Shown: one piece after another, positions 35,261 through 48,308 of the stretch
Layout: every line of letters starts with the position of its first letter
How positions within the stretch are numbered: the first letter of the stretch is position 1
Assembly: GCA_963833095.1 (NCBI GenBank)
Contig: CAWHWQ010000005.1
Coordinates: 480,001 to 544,000, forward strand
Origin: Vulcanimicrobiota bacterium
GTDB lineage: Bacteria > Vulcanimicrobiota > Vulcanimicrobiia > Vulcanimicrobiales > Vulcanimicrobiaceae
Length of the DNA stretch: 64,000 nt
Reading direction: 5' to 3'
Notes under the pieces: model-generated
What the model saw: only the letters and a program-made list of their open reading frames with translations
Databases searched by the model: none
Told to the model about the DNA's origin: nothing
Translations under genes and position numbers: made by a program

Positions 35261-37240
35261 TTACTTCAGGTACTGCTCGAGCCAGTCGAGCCAGTGCTTT
35301 TGCACGTCTTCCGCGCGTACCGGATCGGAGGGGAAGTGTCCCGCCACCGGATAGGCGATGAACTTCACCGTGGTGCCGTTGTCCTTAAGCGCATGATAGA
35401 GCTTGAATGAGTTGGTGATCGTCACGTTATTATCGCCGATGTCACCCATGATCAGCGTCGGCGTGGTGGCCTTTGGCGCGTCTGCGATCGGCGATTGCTC
35501 GCGCCACTCAGCTGTATTGATCGGGTTCCACGGTTTGCCCGCGAAGAACGGAACGTCGGTATCGTAATAGAACGCAATGTTGTAGTCGTCAAGCCAATCG
35601 TCGAGCGACGCGCCGCTGACCGCGGCCTTCCATACATGGTAGTGGCCGATAAGCCACGACGTCATGTAGCCGCCGTACGACCAGCCCGAGACGCCGATCC
35701 GTGACGTGTCGACCGGATACTCGCGCTCGACGGTTGCCAGCCCCGCCATTACGTCCTTGCCTGGACCATCGCCGGCATCGTTAGTGATCGCGTGTTCGTA
35801 GGCGTCGCCTAAATTCGTGCTCCCGCGATAGTTGGGCGAGAACACGAAGAATCCGTGCGAGGCAAAGATCTGCGCCTGGCTGCTCCATCCGAGCGTCGAT
35901 GCCCCCTGTGGGCCACCATGAATCAGCAAAATCAGCGGCGCTTTCCCACCTTTATAATGCAGCGGATAAACCAGCACACCGTCTTCCGCGAAGTTGCCTT
36001 TGGTCGAACGCCAATTCACCGCGACCTCGCGCGCTACGCCGGTCTTGGCGACGAATCCATTTTCATCCGTAAGTGCGATCGGTTTACGGTCAGGCGAGGC
36101 CGCGTAGTAAATCTCGGTCGGGTGGCTTGCCGATGATGCGGTAAACACGAAGGCGCCGCTCTTTGTGCTGTTGCCCAGACCGGCCGGCTGCGCGCTTCCG
36201 AGATCGATCCGCCGAATGTGGCCGCGCAGCGGCCAGTACCAGAGCGATTGACGTGTCGCGTCGGGGGTAGCAATCCAGAGCGCATCGCCGCGCCCGTCCC
36301 ACGCGGCGCCGGTAACGTCGCGATCGAGTTGCGTGCGAAGGTCGGCAATCCGTTGCCCACCTATGGCGGCAACGTAAAGGTTGACGCCTTGCGTGTAGTC
36401 CCCGCGCGTGTTTCGCGCGTATGCAACGATCTGCGAGTGCGGCGCAAAGAGCGGACCGTCTTGTAATGATTCCCCCGGTACCAACGGTCGCCGCGCTCCG
36501 CTATCGGCATCGAGCAATTCAATGTACGACGCCAATGAATCGCCGACGAATGGCGTCGGGAAGTGCTCGATCGCGAGGGTCTTGGAATCCGGCGACCAGG
36601 AGAGCTCGCCGCCGCCGTCCGGACCGACAACGGCGGTACTCCATGAACCGCTGGTCAAACGCCGCAGGTGCGAACCGTCGGAATTGCAGATCCAGACGTG
36701 TACCGGCGGTGTTCCGGCGCGGTGCAGGTAGTCGTTGTCTTGCACTTGGAACGCGTCGAGATGGGTTTTGTTTGCGTTTGAATTAGGATCGTCATCCTGC
36801 ATCGTGTAAGCAAAGCGACGCCCATCCGGACTCCATGCATAGCTGGTGACGCCATTCTTTGCATGGGTGATCTGCCGCGCATCACCGCCATCCATCCGTA
36901 GCACGAAAATCTGGTCCTGCGGATTCTTAACGGCAACGTCGGATGCGCTGAAGGCGATTGCTCCGCCGTCAGCCGACCATCGCGGTGAGGAGACCCCCTT
37001 GCGATCGAAGGTCAGCTGCCGCTGCGCGCGCGTGCGCACGTTGAGGAGCCAGAGCTGCCGGTCGGTGTGATCCTTGGCAAAATCGGGAACACCCCGGACG
37101 TACACGATAAGTGCTCCGTCAGGAGAAATCTGCGGCTCCGATAGCGAGACGACATGCCGCGCGTCTGAGAAGTCGAAAGCGCGCGCGGGTACTGTTGCGG
37201 CACATAGCGCGATTAGGGCCAAGGCATAAACAAACCGCAT
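35261..37240 (-). CDS. Secreted S9-family peptidase (tandem paralog)
   Basis: Signal peptide, WSPDG repeats, IHGGP, GWSYGGYMTSW, DNNV, AGHF. Confidence 0.92.
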   Translation of the reverse strand: MRFVYALALIALCAATVPARAFDFSDARHVVSLSEPQISPDGALIVYVRGVPDFAKDHTDRQLWLLNVRTRAQRQLTFDRKGVSSPRWSADGGAIAFSASDVAVKNPQDQIFVLRMDGGDARQITHAKNGVTSYAWSPDGRRFAYTMQDDDPNSNANKTHLDAFQVQDNDYLHRAGTPPVHVWICNSDGSHLRRLTSGSWSTAVVGPDGGGELSWSPDSKTLAIEHFPTPFVGDSLASYIELLDADSGARRPLVPGESLQDGPLFAPHSQIVAYARNTRGDYTQGVNLYVAAIGGQRIADLRTQLDRDVTGAAWDGRGDALWIATPDATRQSLWYWPLRGHIRRIDLGSAQPAGLGNSTKSGAFVFTASSASHPTEIYYAASPDRKPIALTDENGFVAKTGVAREVAVNWRSTKGNFAEDGVLVYPLHYKGGKAPLILLIHGGPQGASTLGWSSQAQIFASHGFFVFSPNYRGSTNLGDAYEHAITNDAGDGPGKDVMAGLATVEREYPVDTSRIGVSGWSYGGYMTSWLIGHYHVWKAAVSGASLDDWLDDYNIAFYYDTDVPFFAGKPWNPINTAEWREQSPIADAPKATTPTLIMGDIGDNNVTITNSFKLYHALKDNGTTVKFIAYPVAGHFPSDPVRAEDVQKHWLDWLEQYLK

Positions 37241-37249
37241 GGGCTCTCC

Positions 37250-38166
37250 TCAATCTTGTAGCGCGATCGTTTCTCCATCGCGGGCAATCAAGCCATCACG
37301 CTCCAGTATTGCCACGAGCTCCCCCACATCCTCCAGCGAGCGTTCCGGCATCAACGGCTGCAAATCGCCGTGCAAATCGAGCAACGAGATGCGCTGCCCC
37401 GGCGGCAGCGCGCGCAGACGATCGATGATGCGCCCCCGCGCAAAGCGCGTCGTCCGCGCGAAGGGGAGCGCGTTTTGAGGTGACCGAGTTTTGGCATGCT
37501 CCTTGCGCGCAACCTCGAGCCGCGCCGCATCGATCGGAGCGGCAGCGCAATGCTCGCGCAACGGGCAAATCAGGCATTTTGGCGCATGCGCCGTGCATAT
37601 CGTCGCGCCCAAATCCATCATCGCGGAATTCCAGTCATGCGCGCTCCGGAAACGGCGACTTCGCGTGCGCGCTCGTCGAGTTCGCGCTGCCCTGCGCGGC
37701 TTGGATACTCCACACCATAGTACACACGATGCACGATGCGACGGATATTCGTATCGAGCGGTGCGTCATCGACATCAAAGCCGAAGGCGCGAATCGCGGC
37801 AGCTGTATACGGCCCGACACCGGGAAGCTGTCGCAACAAATGGGTTTGCGACGGCATCACTCCGCCGAAACGACCGACGATCACGCCCGCCGTCTCGTGC
37901 AAGCGCACGGCTCGCGAGTTATATCCTAGACCCTTCCATTCGCGTAGAACGTCCCCTACGCTTGCCCGCGCAAGCGCGGCGAAGTCCGGAAAGCGCGCCA
38001 CGAATGCTTCGAACTTGGGAACGACACGATCGACTTGCGTTTGCTGCGAGCATGAACTCGCTAACGAGCGTGTAGTAAGGATTGCGAACGACGCGCCACG
38101 GCAACTCGTGCGGCCGTGCGTTCGTACCACCTTCTTACGTCAGCCGCGCGTGTCGAACGGATTCAC
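37250..38166 (-). CDS. mutY: A/G-specific adenine glycosylase (compact form), frameshifted
   Basis: LPWR, LVSEFM..QQTQV, WKGLGYNSRA, LPGVGPYTA, MDLGATICTAHAPKCLICPLREHC. Confidence 0.88.
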
Positions 38167-39639
38167 GCGCGTAGCGACACGCATCGCTTCGCCGATGCGC
38201 CGGATGCCTTCGCCGATCTGGTCGCGTGTGACGGCGGTGAGCGCGAGGCGAAAGTAATGGTCGCCGCCCGAGTTCGCGAAGAACGCTTCGCCGAAAAGAA
38301 ACGATGCGCCGAAACGTTCGGCGACGTCGAGCAGCGCGCGCGCGCGCATTTCGCGCGGCGTCGATGCCCACAGGTAAAATCCGCCGGCAGCGCCGGCTCG
38401 CCTTGAGCGCCCGGCGGCCAATGCTCGGCGATCGCTTCGTCGGCGAGGGCTGCGGCGCAGCAACAGTTCTTCGCGCAGCTGCTCGACGTGCGCGTCGTAA
38501 CCGCGCTCGAGATAGTCGGCGATCGCCGCCTGCACGTACAGACTCGTCGCCATATCGTAGGCTTGTTTGCGCAAGCAGCAGCCGCTCGAGAATCGTCCGC
38601 GGCGCGAGCGAGCCAGCCGACGCGCAGACTCGGCGCGATCGTCTTCGAGAACGTCGAAAGGTAGACGACGTGATCCGGCGCGAGCGAGACGAGCGGCGGC
38701 AACGGTTCGCTGCGCGAGCGGGCCGTACGGATCGTCTTCGACGATCGGCACGCCGGCGCGGCGCGCGATCGTCGCCAGCCGTTCGCGCCGGTCGGCGTTC
38801 ATCGTCGCATTGGTCGGATTGTGCAGCGAGGGCATCGTGTAGATGAAGCGCGGCCGGCGCGTGCGCAAAATCGCCTCGACGTGATCGACGCGCATCCCGT
38901 CGTCATCGACCGGCACGGGAATCGCGCGCAGGCCGTTGATCTGAAAGACCTGCAACGCGCCCGGATACGACGGCGACTCGACGATGATCTCGTCGCCCGG
39001 TTCGGCGAGGCTCTGCGCGACGATCGCGATGCCTTGGGTCGAGCCGGTGAGCACGATGATATCGTCCGGGCGCGATGCGCGCCGCCCCGCGCGCGTTCAT
39101 CCGCGTCGGCGATCGCGCTGCGCAGCGGCTCGTAGCCTTCGGAATCGCCGTAGGAAAGCACGAAGCGCGGATCGCGCGCGACGCGCGCGAACGATTTCGC
39201 GAGTTCGCCGAGCGGCGAGGGCTCGTCGGGCGCGACGCCTTGCACGAACGAGATCCGGCCCGCCTCCTGCTTGGCCGCGAGCTCGCCGAGGACGTTGGGG
39301 AACTCGCCGACCCGCCAAGGCGGCAGCGTGACCCACCAGGGAACGCCCGCCGCTCGCTCGGGCTGTCCGCCGCGCAGCTGCGGCACGACCCGCGAACCCG
39401 AACCGACCCGCTGCTCGATCAGGCCGTCGCCGACCAGCTCGCGATAGGCATGCACGACCGTGCTGCGGTTGACGCCCAGCTGCTCGGCCATGCGTGCGCT
39501 CGGGCGGCAGCCGGGTCGACTCGGGGAGCGTGCCGGCGAGGATCGCCTCGCGCAGATGCTCGTAGATCTGCCGGTAGAGCGGGACGATCGACTCGCGGTC
39601 GAGATCTGGCAGAATGCCGGCCCATCCAATCTTGGGCAT
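38140..39639 (-). CDS. MocR/GntR-family regulator (wHTH plus PLP aminotransferase domain), frameshifted
   Basis: PLYRQIYEHLREAI, LGVNRSTVVHAYREL, VESPSYPGA, HNPT, EDDPYG, STFSKTIAPSLRVGW. Confidence 0.88.
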
Positions 39640-39697
39640 TGATGGGGTCCATTTTTCGATGAACCAAGGCCTAAGGCTTGCCGACAACCAGAATACG

Positions 39698-41836
39698 ATG
39701 CTTGACTATCAAGCGGTCGATACGCGCGTTCCCTTTGTGGGACGCGCGTACGAACTCCGCGTCCTCCTGGCTTTTTTGAAGCGAGGGGGGTTACTGACGC
39801 TTGCCGGTCCCGGAGGTGTGGGCAAGTCGCGGCTCGCTCACGAAGCGATCGCGCGCTTTTCGCGCGAGCACGCGACTGAAAGTATCTTTGTTCCACTCGC
39901 CGGTGTGATGCCCGAAGCCGTCGTCGGAACGGTGATGAGTACGATTGGAATTTCGCAAGAGCCGGCTCGTTCGGCGCTGGACACATTGGTCGACCGATTG
40001 GGCGATCGACCGTTGATCTTGGCGCTCGACAACTGCGAACACGCTCCCGACGAAACGTCGGCGCTTATCGACGCGCTCCGCGCCTTGCCGCACGTGACCA
40101 TCTTGGCTACGAGTCAACGTCGTTTGGATTACGCCGACGAGACCGTTTTTGAGGTCGAACCGCTTCCCGTCGAGGACGGCGTTGCGTTCTTCCTCGCTCG
40201 CGCCAACCTGGATCCGCTGCGTGTCGATGAAGCGACGATTGCGACCGTCTCGACGATCGTCGAACGCCTCGACGGGTTGGCGGTCGCTCTCGACCTCGCC
40301 GCAGCGCGTTTAGCCTCGCTCTCGCTCGAGCTTCTAGCAGAAGAACTTGGCGAACTGCGCCCCTATCAACTGCGTTCGACCCGCGGCTCAGACCCGCGCC
40401 ATCGCACGATCGGCAACGTCATCGCCTGGACGCACTCGCAACTCGGCGACTGCGCGAAGCGCGCTTTCGCGCAGGCTTCGCTGTTCGCCGACGAGTTCGA
40501 CGAAGATGATCTCACCGCATTGGGCGACCTCGCCCCCGACGAAGTACGCGTCGCGCTCGATGAACTTGCGCTCAATTCCCTCGTTATGACGACGGAGTTC
40601 GGGTATCGCATGCTGCTGCCGATACGCGCCGTGGCGACGCGAATGTTGACTGCGGTGCGCAACCGCCGAGCGTTCGACGATGCATTTGCCCTGCGCATGA
40701 ACGCGCTCGCATCGCAGTTGTGGGCGCAGATTCGCGGTAGCGGGGAAGGCGCAGCCAAGGCTATTGCTCGTTTGCACGTGCGTTACGCGGACTTTTGCGC
40801 GACGATTGCCTGGGCGCTCAAGCGCCCGCAAGATCGGCTGGCTTCGATCGATGACGTTTTAAGCGTTATGATGACGATCTGGGCCGAAGGCGGACGTTTC
40901 ACCGAGGGGTTGCGCTGGACCGAACGCCTCGAATCAGTCGCGGGACGTTTGAGCGCGCAACTGCGCGGGCGCGTCTACTTCTTAGGTCTGTGCGTTGCGC
41001 ACGCCGCTTCGGAATACCACCGCATGGTCGAAACCGGGCCGCTCACCATTTCGGCATTTACGATTGCGGGAGACCAACTCGGCCTTGCCCGGGCTTATAA
41101 TGCGCTCGCAGTTGCGTCGCTCAATACGGGCCGAATCGAAGATGCGTCCACCTACGTCGAAACGTCGATACGGTTCTACGAGCAAGTCGGACACCAGCGC
41201 GGCGTGGCGACGGCCTTGATCAACCAAGGAAGCATTCTCTTCGATGGCCATGCGGATCACCCGCGAGCGCATGAAATCTTCCAAAAAGCCGTCGTCGCGC
41301 TCGAACGAGAGGGCCCTCCGGCGCTTTGCGGCATTGCGCTCGGCGACCTCGCTGAAGTCGAGTACGCGATGAGCGAGTACGATGCCGCCGCCGCGCATGC
41401 TCGCAACGCAATCGAACGATTCGAGCAAAATTCCGCTCCGCCGATGATCGCTTGGGCGCACCAGACGCTTGCGCGTTGTGCGCTCGCGCGCGGTCAGCTC
41501 AGCGTCGCGGGCGAGGAACTGCTCATCGCCTGCGAGTTGCTCCGGCACACGCCGCAGCCGCTCTACATCGCGCGCCTGGCAGAGGTCAGCGGGCGCAGCT
41601 TTCTCCTCGGCGGCAACCCCCGAAACGCCGCGCTGGCGCTGGCTGCCGCCCGCCGTTACCGCAGCGAGCGCGCCCTGGTCTCGTTCGGCATCTTCTCGCG
41701 CGAGGTCGCGGCCGACGAAGTCGCGCTTGCCCAGCATCTCGCTCCAGCCGACCTGGCCGAAGTGGCCCGCTCGGCGACTACCCTCGATCTGGCTCGGCTG
41801 TGCGGCCTCCTCGCCGGGCTGCTTAGCGCGGGATAG
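39698..41836 (+). CDS. STAND-type ATPase (AfsR/LuxR-ATPase-like) with TPR repeats
   Basis: FVGR, GPGGVGKS, LALDNCEH, LDGLAVALDLAAAR, RHRTIGNVIAW; C-terminal TPR-like helices; intact ORF. Confidence 0.85.
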   Translation: MLDYQAVDTRVPFVGRAYELRVLLAFLKRGGLLTLAGPGGVGKSRLAHEAIARFSREHATESIFVPLAGVMPEAVVGTVMSTIGISQEPARSALDTLVDRLGDRPLILALDNCEHAPDETSALIDALRALPHVTILATSQRRLDYADETVFEVEPLPVEDGVAFFLARANLDPLRVDEATIATVSTIVERLDGLAVALDLAAARLASLSLELLAEELGELRPYQLRSTRGSDPRHRTIGNVIAWTHSQLGDCAKRAFAQASLFADEFDEDDLTALGDLAPDEVRVALDELALNSLVMTTEFGYRMLLPIRAVATRMLTAVRNRRAFDDAFALRMNALASQLWAQIRGSGEGAAKAIARLHVRYADFCATIAWALKRPQDRLASIDDVLSVMMTIWAEGGRFTEGLRWTERLESVAGRLSAQLRGRVYFLGLCVAHAASEYHRMVETGPLTISAFTIAGDQLGLARAYNALAVASLNTGRIEDASTYVETSIRFYEQVGHQRGVATALINQGSILFDGHADHPRAHEIFQKAVVALEREGPPALCGIALGDLAEVEYAMSEYDAAAAHARNAIERFEQNSAPPMIAWAHQTLARCALARGQLSVAGEELLIACELLRHTPQPLYIARLAEVSGRSFLLGGNPRNAALALAAARRYRSERALVSFGIFSREVAADEVALAQHLAPADLAEVARSATTLDLARLCGLLAGLLSAG

Positions 41837-41872
41837 GTCGGCGCGGCCCGCGGCGAAGGCCTGTTATAGTGA

Positions 41873-43375
<1,503 letters not shown>

Positions 43376-43378
43376 CGC

Positions 43379-44022
43379 ATGGCGCGCCTGCTCGACCTCG
43401 GGGTCCGCCCGTACCGTGAGGTATGGGATCTGCAGCATCCATTGCACGAAGCGGTGCGCGAAGGGCGCGAGCCCGATACCTGGATTTTCGTCGAGCACCC
43501 TCCGGTCATCACGCTCGGCCGACAAGCCAAGCGAGACAACGTCTTGCTTTCGCCCGAGCTACTCGCCGCGCAGGGCGTCGACGTCGTCGAGATCGAGCGC
43601 GGCGGCGACGTTACCTACCACGGCCCGGGCCAGCTCGTCGTCTATCCGATCCGCAAGCTCGAGCGCTTTCGCGAGATCGTGCCGCTGGTGCGCGCGCTCG
43701 AAGAGCGCCGTGATCGAGGCGTGCGCGCGTTTCGGCATCGCCGCCGAGCGCTGGAGCGAACATGCCGGGGTCTGGGTCGGGCGCAACCAGATCTGCGCGA
43801 TCGGCCTGGCAGTGCAAAAGATGGTTTCGCTGCACGGCATCGCGCTCAACGTCTCGACCGAGCTGGACTACGACCGGCTGATCAACCCCTGCGGGCTGAC
43901 CGACCGCGGCATCACGTCGATCTCGCACGAGACCGGACGAAGATGTCACGATCGACCGAGGTCAAGCCCGTGCTTCGATTCGAGGAGCTAGCTCGGCGAG
44001 TTTCGATGCACGGTTGCAGTGA
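43379..44022 (+). CDS. lipB: Lipoyl(octanoyl) transferase, frameshifted
   Basis: [38 protein letters not shown]. Confidence 0.92.
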
Positions 44023-44026
44023 GCGT

Positions 44027-44923
44027 ATGGCGATCGAGATCGATCTTAATCGACGGACAGCCGGCCGCACGCGCGCAAGCCGGATGGCTGCGCGTTGCGC
44101 TTGCCGTCCGGCGACGACTACGAACGCGTGCGCGCCAAGGTCAACACGCTCGCGCTCAATACCGTTTGCAAGGAAGCGGCTTGCCCGAACATCGCCGAAT
44201 GCTGGGGCGCCGGCACCGCGACGATCATGATTCTGGGCGACACGTGCACGCGCGGCTGCCGCTTCTGCAACGTGAAGACCGGGAACCCCGGGGCGAAGTC
44301 GATTGGCTCGAACCGGTTCGCGTCGCCGAAGCGGTGCGCGACCTCGGCTGGAAGTATCTCGTGCTGACCGCCGTCGACCGCGACGATCTCGCCGACGGCG
44401 GCGCGCTGATCTTCGCAAACACGGTTCGCGCGATCCACGAGCGCGTGCCGGATCGCAAGGTCGAGATCCTCAGCGGCGACTATCGCGGCGATCTCGCGGC
44501 GCTCGACATCGTGATGGATGCGCGGCCCGACGTGTTCGCGCACAATCTCGAAACCGTTCGCCGGCTCACGCCGACCGTTCGCGACAAGCGCGCCGCCTAC
44601 GATCAATCGCTGCGCGATCCTCGCGCACGCGAAAACGCGCGCGCCCGAACGCTTCACGAAGACCTCGCTGATGCTCGGCCTCGGCGAGACCGAAGACGAG
44701 ATCGAACACGCGATGGACGACGCGCGCGCGTCGGGCGTCGACATTTTCACGATGGGTCAATATCTGCAGCCGACCAAGAAGCATCTTCCGGTCGTCGAGT
44801 TCGTCACGCCCGAGAAGTTCGACCGACTCGGCGAGCTCGCGAAGAACAAAGGATTTCATCAAGTCGTCTCGAGCCCGCTTTCGCGCAGCTCCTATCACGC
44901 CGAACAAGCCTTCCGAGCGGTAA
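44027..44923 (+). CDS. lipA: Lipoyl synthase, frameshifted
   Basis: [40 protein letters not shown]. Confidence 0.93.
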
Positions 44924-47900
44924 TGACCAGCTTTCTTCATTTCCGGCCCGGTCTTTGCGGCGGTCTGTTCGCTCATCATCTTGATCGCCGGCTTGGTCGT
45001 CATTCCCGACGCTCGCCATCGCGCAATATCCGCAGATCGCGCCGCCGGTCGTAACCGTCACGGCGACCTACATCGGCGCGAGCCCGCAAGCCGTCGAAGC
45101 GCAGGTCACGACGCCGCTCGAGACAAGCGGTGAACCGGTGCAAGGCCTGCGCTACATCAGTTCGACGAGCGCGCAGGGCGTCTCGACGATCACCTGTACG
45201 TTTAACCTCGGCGTCAATCTCGACATCGCCGCGGCCGACGTGCAAAATCTCGTGCAGTCGGCGCTCGGGCAGTTGCCGCACAACCGTCCAGCAGATCGGC
45301 GTCACGGTCTGCAAAAACTCCGGCGCGTTCGTCATGGGCATCGCGCTCAAGTCGGACTAACCCGAAATACGACACGCTGTTCCTGAGCAACTACGCCCAA
45401 CTCAATGTCGTCAACGATCTCTCGCGCATCCCCGGCGTCTCGCAGGTCCGCATCTTCGGCCAGCGCCAATACGCGATGCGCATCTGGCTCAATCCGCGTC
45501 AAGCTTGCCGGCGCAAGGTCTCGACGCAACCGACGTCGTCAACGCGCTGCAAGAGCAAAACGTCGAGGTCGCCGCCGGCAGCATCGGCGCCGCGCCCGAG
45601 TCGCCCAATCAACAGTACACCTACACCGTCAACGCGCTCACGCAGCTCTCACGATCCGAACAATTCGCGAACATCATTCTGCGCGCGAATCCCAACGGCG
45701 GCTTCATCCGTCTGGGCGACGTCGCGCGCGTCGAACTCGGCGCTCAGGACTACTCGACCGCATTTGCGCTTCGACGGCAACGAGCAACGTCGTCGGTCTC
45801 GGCGTGCTGCAGTACCCCGACGCCAACGCGCTGCAGGTTTCGCCGACGTGGTCAACGCGAAGATGGACTCAGCTCCGAAGCCAATTTCCCCCGGGCATCA
45901 CTTGCAGGTCGCGTTCGACACGACGACCTTCGTGAGCGAGTCGATCAAGGAAGTCGTCACTACGCTGCTGCTCTCGATCTTCCTGGTCGTGCTGGTCATC
46001 TTCCTCTTCTTGCAGGATCCGAAAGCCACGCTGATTCCCGCGGCCACGATTCCGGTCTCGCTGATCGGCACGTTCTTCGTGATGAAGATCTTCGGGTTTA
46101 CGATCAACACGATCACGCTCTTCGGGTTGACGCTCGCGGCGGGTCTCGTGGTCGACGACGCCATCGTCGTCATCGAAAACATCGCGCGCCACATGGAGAG
46201 AACACGGGCAAGAGCGCCGGCTCGACGGCGCCGCAGAAGCGATGACCGAAATTCAGAGCGCGGTCGTCGCGTCGTCGCTGGTGCTGCTTGCCGTCTTCAT
46301 CCCGGTCGCGTTCTTCCCCGGCACGACCGGACAGCTCTACAAGCAGTTCGCGCTGACGATCGCGGCTGCGATCACGATCTCGCTGTTCCAAGCGCTCACG
46401 CTCGCGCCCGTGCTCTCGTCGCGTTTGCTGACACGGCGAGTACCGAATCGAACTTCTTCTTCTTCCGCTGGTTCAACGAGCGTTGCATAACTTCCGCGAG
46501 TGGTACGCGCGAACGCTGCCGAAGCTGTTCCGCCAGCGCTGGCCGGTGTTCGGCGTCTTCGTGCTCGCGCTCGTCGCTGACCGCATTGTTGTTCAACACG
46601 ACGCCGACCGGCTTTCATCCCGAGACGAAGATCAAGGCTACTTCATCGTGATCGTGCAAGCGCCCGAAGGCACGTCGCTTGCTGCAACGAACAGCAGATC
46701 GCGATCCAAGGCGGAGAAGATCATCCGCGCGCAGCCCGAAGTGCTGCACGTCTTCGACATCGGCGGATTCAGCTTCACCGGGTCGGCGCCGAACCGCGGC
46801 ATCATGTTCGCCCTGCTCAAGCCGTGGGGCGAGCGCAAACGGGTCCGCAACATTCGACGTCGCGCGTGCGTTGCTCGACGTCGACGCTTGATCGCCGCGT
46901 TCTACAAGCAACGTCCCCGAGGCGCAGATCTTCGCGGTCAATCCGCCGGCGATCAACGGCGTCGGCAGTTTCGGCGGGTTCCAATTCGAACTCGAAGATC
47001 GCGGCGAACGTCGGGCTTGCCGGCTCTTGATGAATACGGCGTTCGCGATGATGGGCGCTGCGCGCAAGGATCCGCGCTTGACGCAGTCTTCACGCAGTTC
47101 CGCATCAACTCGCCGCAAATCGAAGTCAACATCGATCGAAACAAGGCCAAGTCGATCGGCGTCGAATCTCAACGACGTCTTCCAGACGATGGAGGTCGAC
47201 CTCGGCTCGCTGTACGTCAACAATTTCACCTATCTCAACCGCTCGTGGCAGGTCGACATTCAAGCCGACGCGCCGTACCGCAACGATCCAGCGTCGCTGC
47301 AGAACCTCTACGTCGTCCGCTCCGCGCCGGACCGGTACGTGCCGATTCATCGCGACGTCGGACACCAACGGCATACCGGCGCACGGACCGTCATGACGCC
47401 GATCAGCGCGCTGGTCACCGTGAAGCAGACGCTGGCCGCGCCGATCATCACGCACTACAACCTCTACCGCAACATCGAGATCAGCGGAAACGCCGCGCCA
47501 GGCCACGGCTCGGGCGAAGCGATCCAAGCGATGGAACAGATCGCGGCAAAGTGTTGCCGACAGGGCGTCAGCTACGAATGGTCGCGGGCTGCAGCTCGAC
47601 GAGATCGCGGCCGGAAGCCAGAGCGTCTTGATCTTCGCGCTCGGCTTGGTCTTCGTGTTCCTCGTCCTCTCGGCGCAATACGAGAGCTTCATCGATCCGC
47701 TGATCGTGCTGCTGGCGGTGCCGGCGGCGCTGCTCGGCGCGCTCGGCTTTCATGAACTTCCGCCACATCCCGATTCCCGTTTCTCTTCGATGCCAGCCTC
47801 GCGCAGGACGTCTACGCGCAAGTCGGCTACGTCATGCTGATCGGCCTGGCGAGTAAGAGCGCGATTCTGATCGTCGAGTTCGCCAACCAGCAGATTCGCG

Positions 47901-48218
47901 CGGGCGCCGACATCGTCACGGCGGCGCTGCGCGCGGCTCAGACGCGGCTTGCGTCCGATTCTGATGACCTCGATCGCTTTCATCATCGCCGTCATGCCGC
48001 TCGTCTTCGCGAGCGGCGCCGGCAGCGCGGCGCGGCATTCGCTCGGCACCGTCGTGTTCGGCGGCATGCTGGTCTCGACGTTCCTCAACCTGGTGATCAC
48101 GCCGGTGCTGTACGTCATCATCAAGAGTCTCGAATTGCGCGGGACGAGTCACGTTGACGGCAAACCACGCGGAGATTTCGTAGACAGAGCGCCGGAAGCG
48201 CCCGCAATTCCAAGCTAA
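44923..48218 (+). CDS. RND efflux permease (HAE1/AcrB family), heavily frameshifted
   Basis: [65 protein letters not shown]. Confidence 0.9.
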
Positions 48219-48308
48219 ACATAAGGGTTTTAACGTCGCCCAAACCGAAGAGGTCGCGAGCCGGACCCTGATACTTTTAATAGGCCGGTCCTCGAGTTGG
48301 AGACGATT

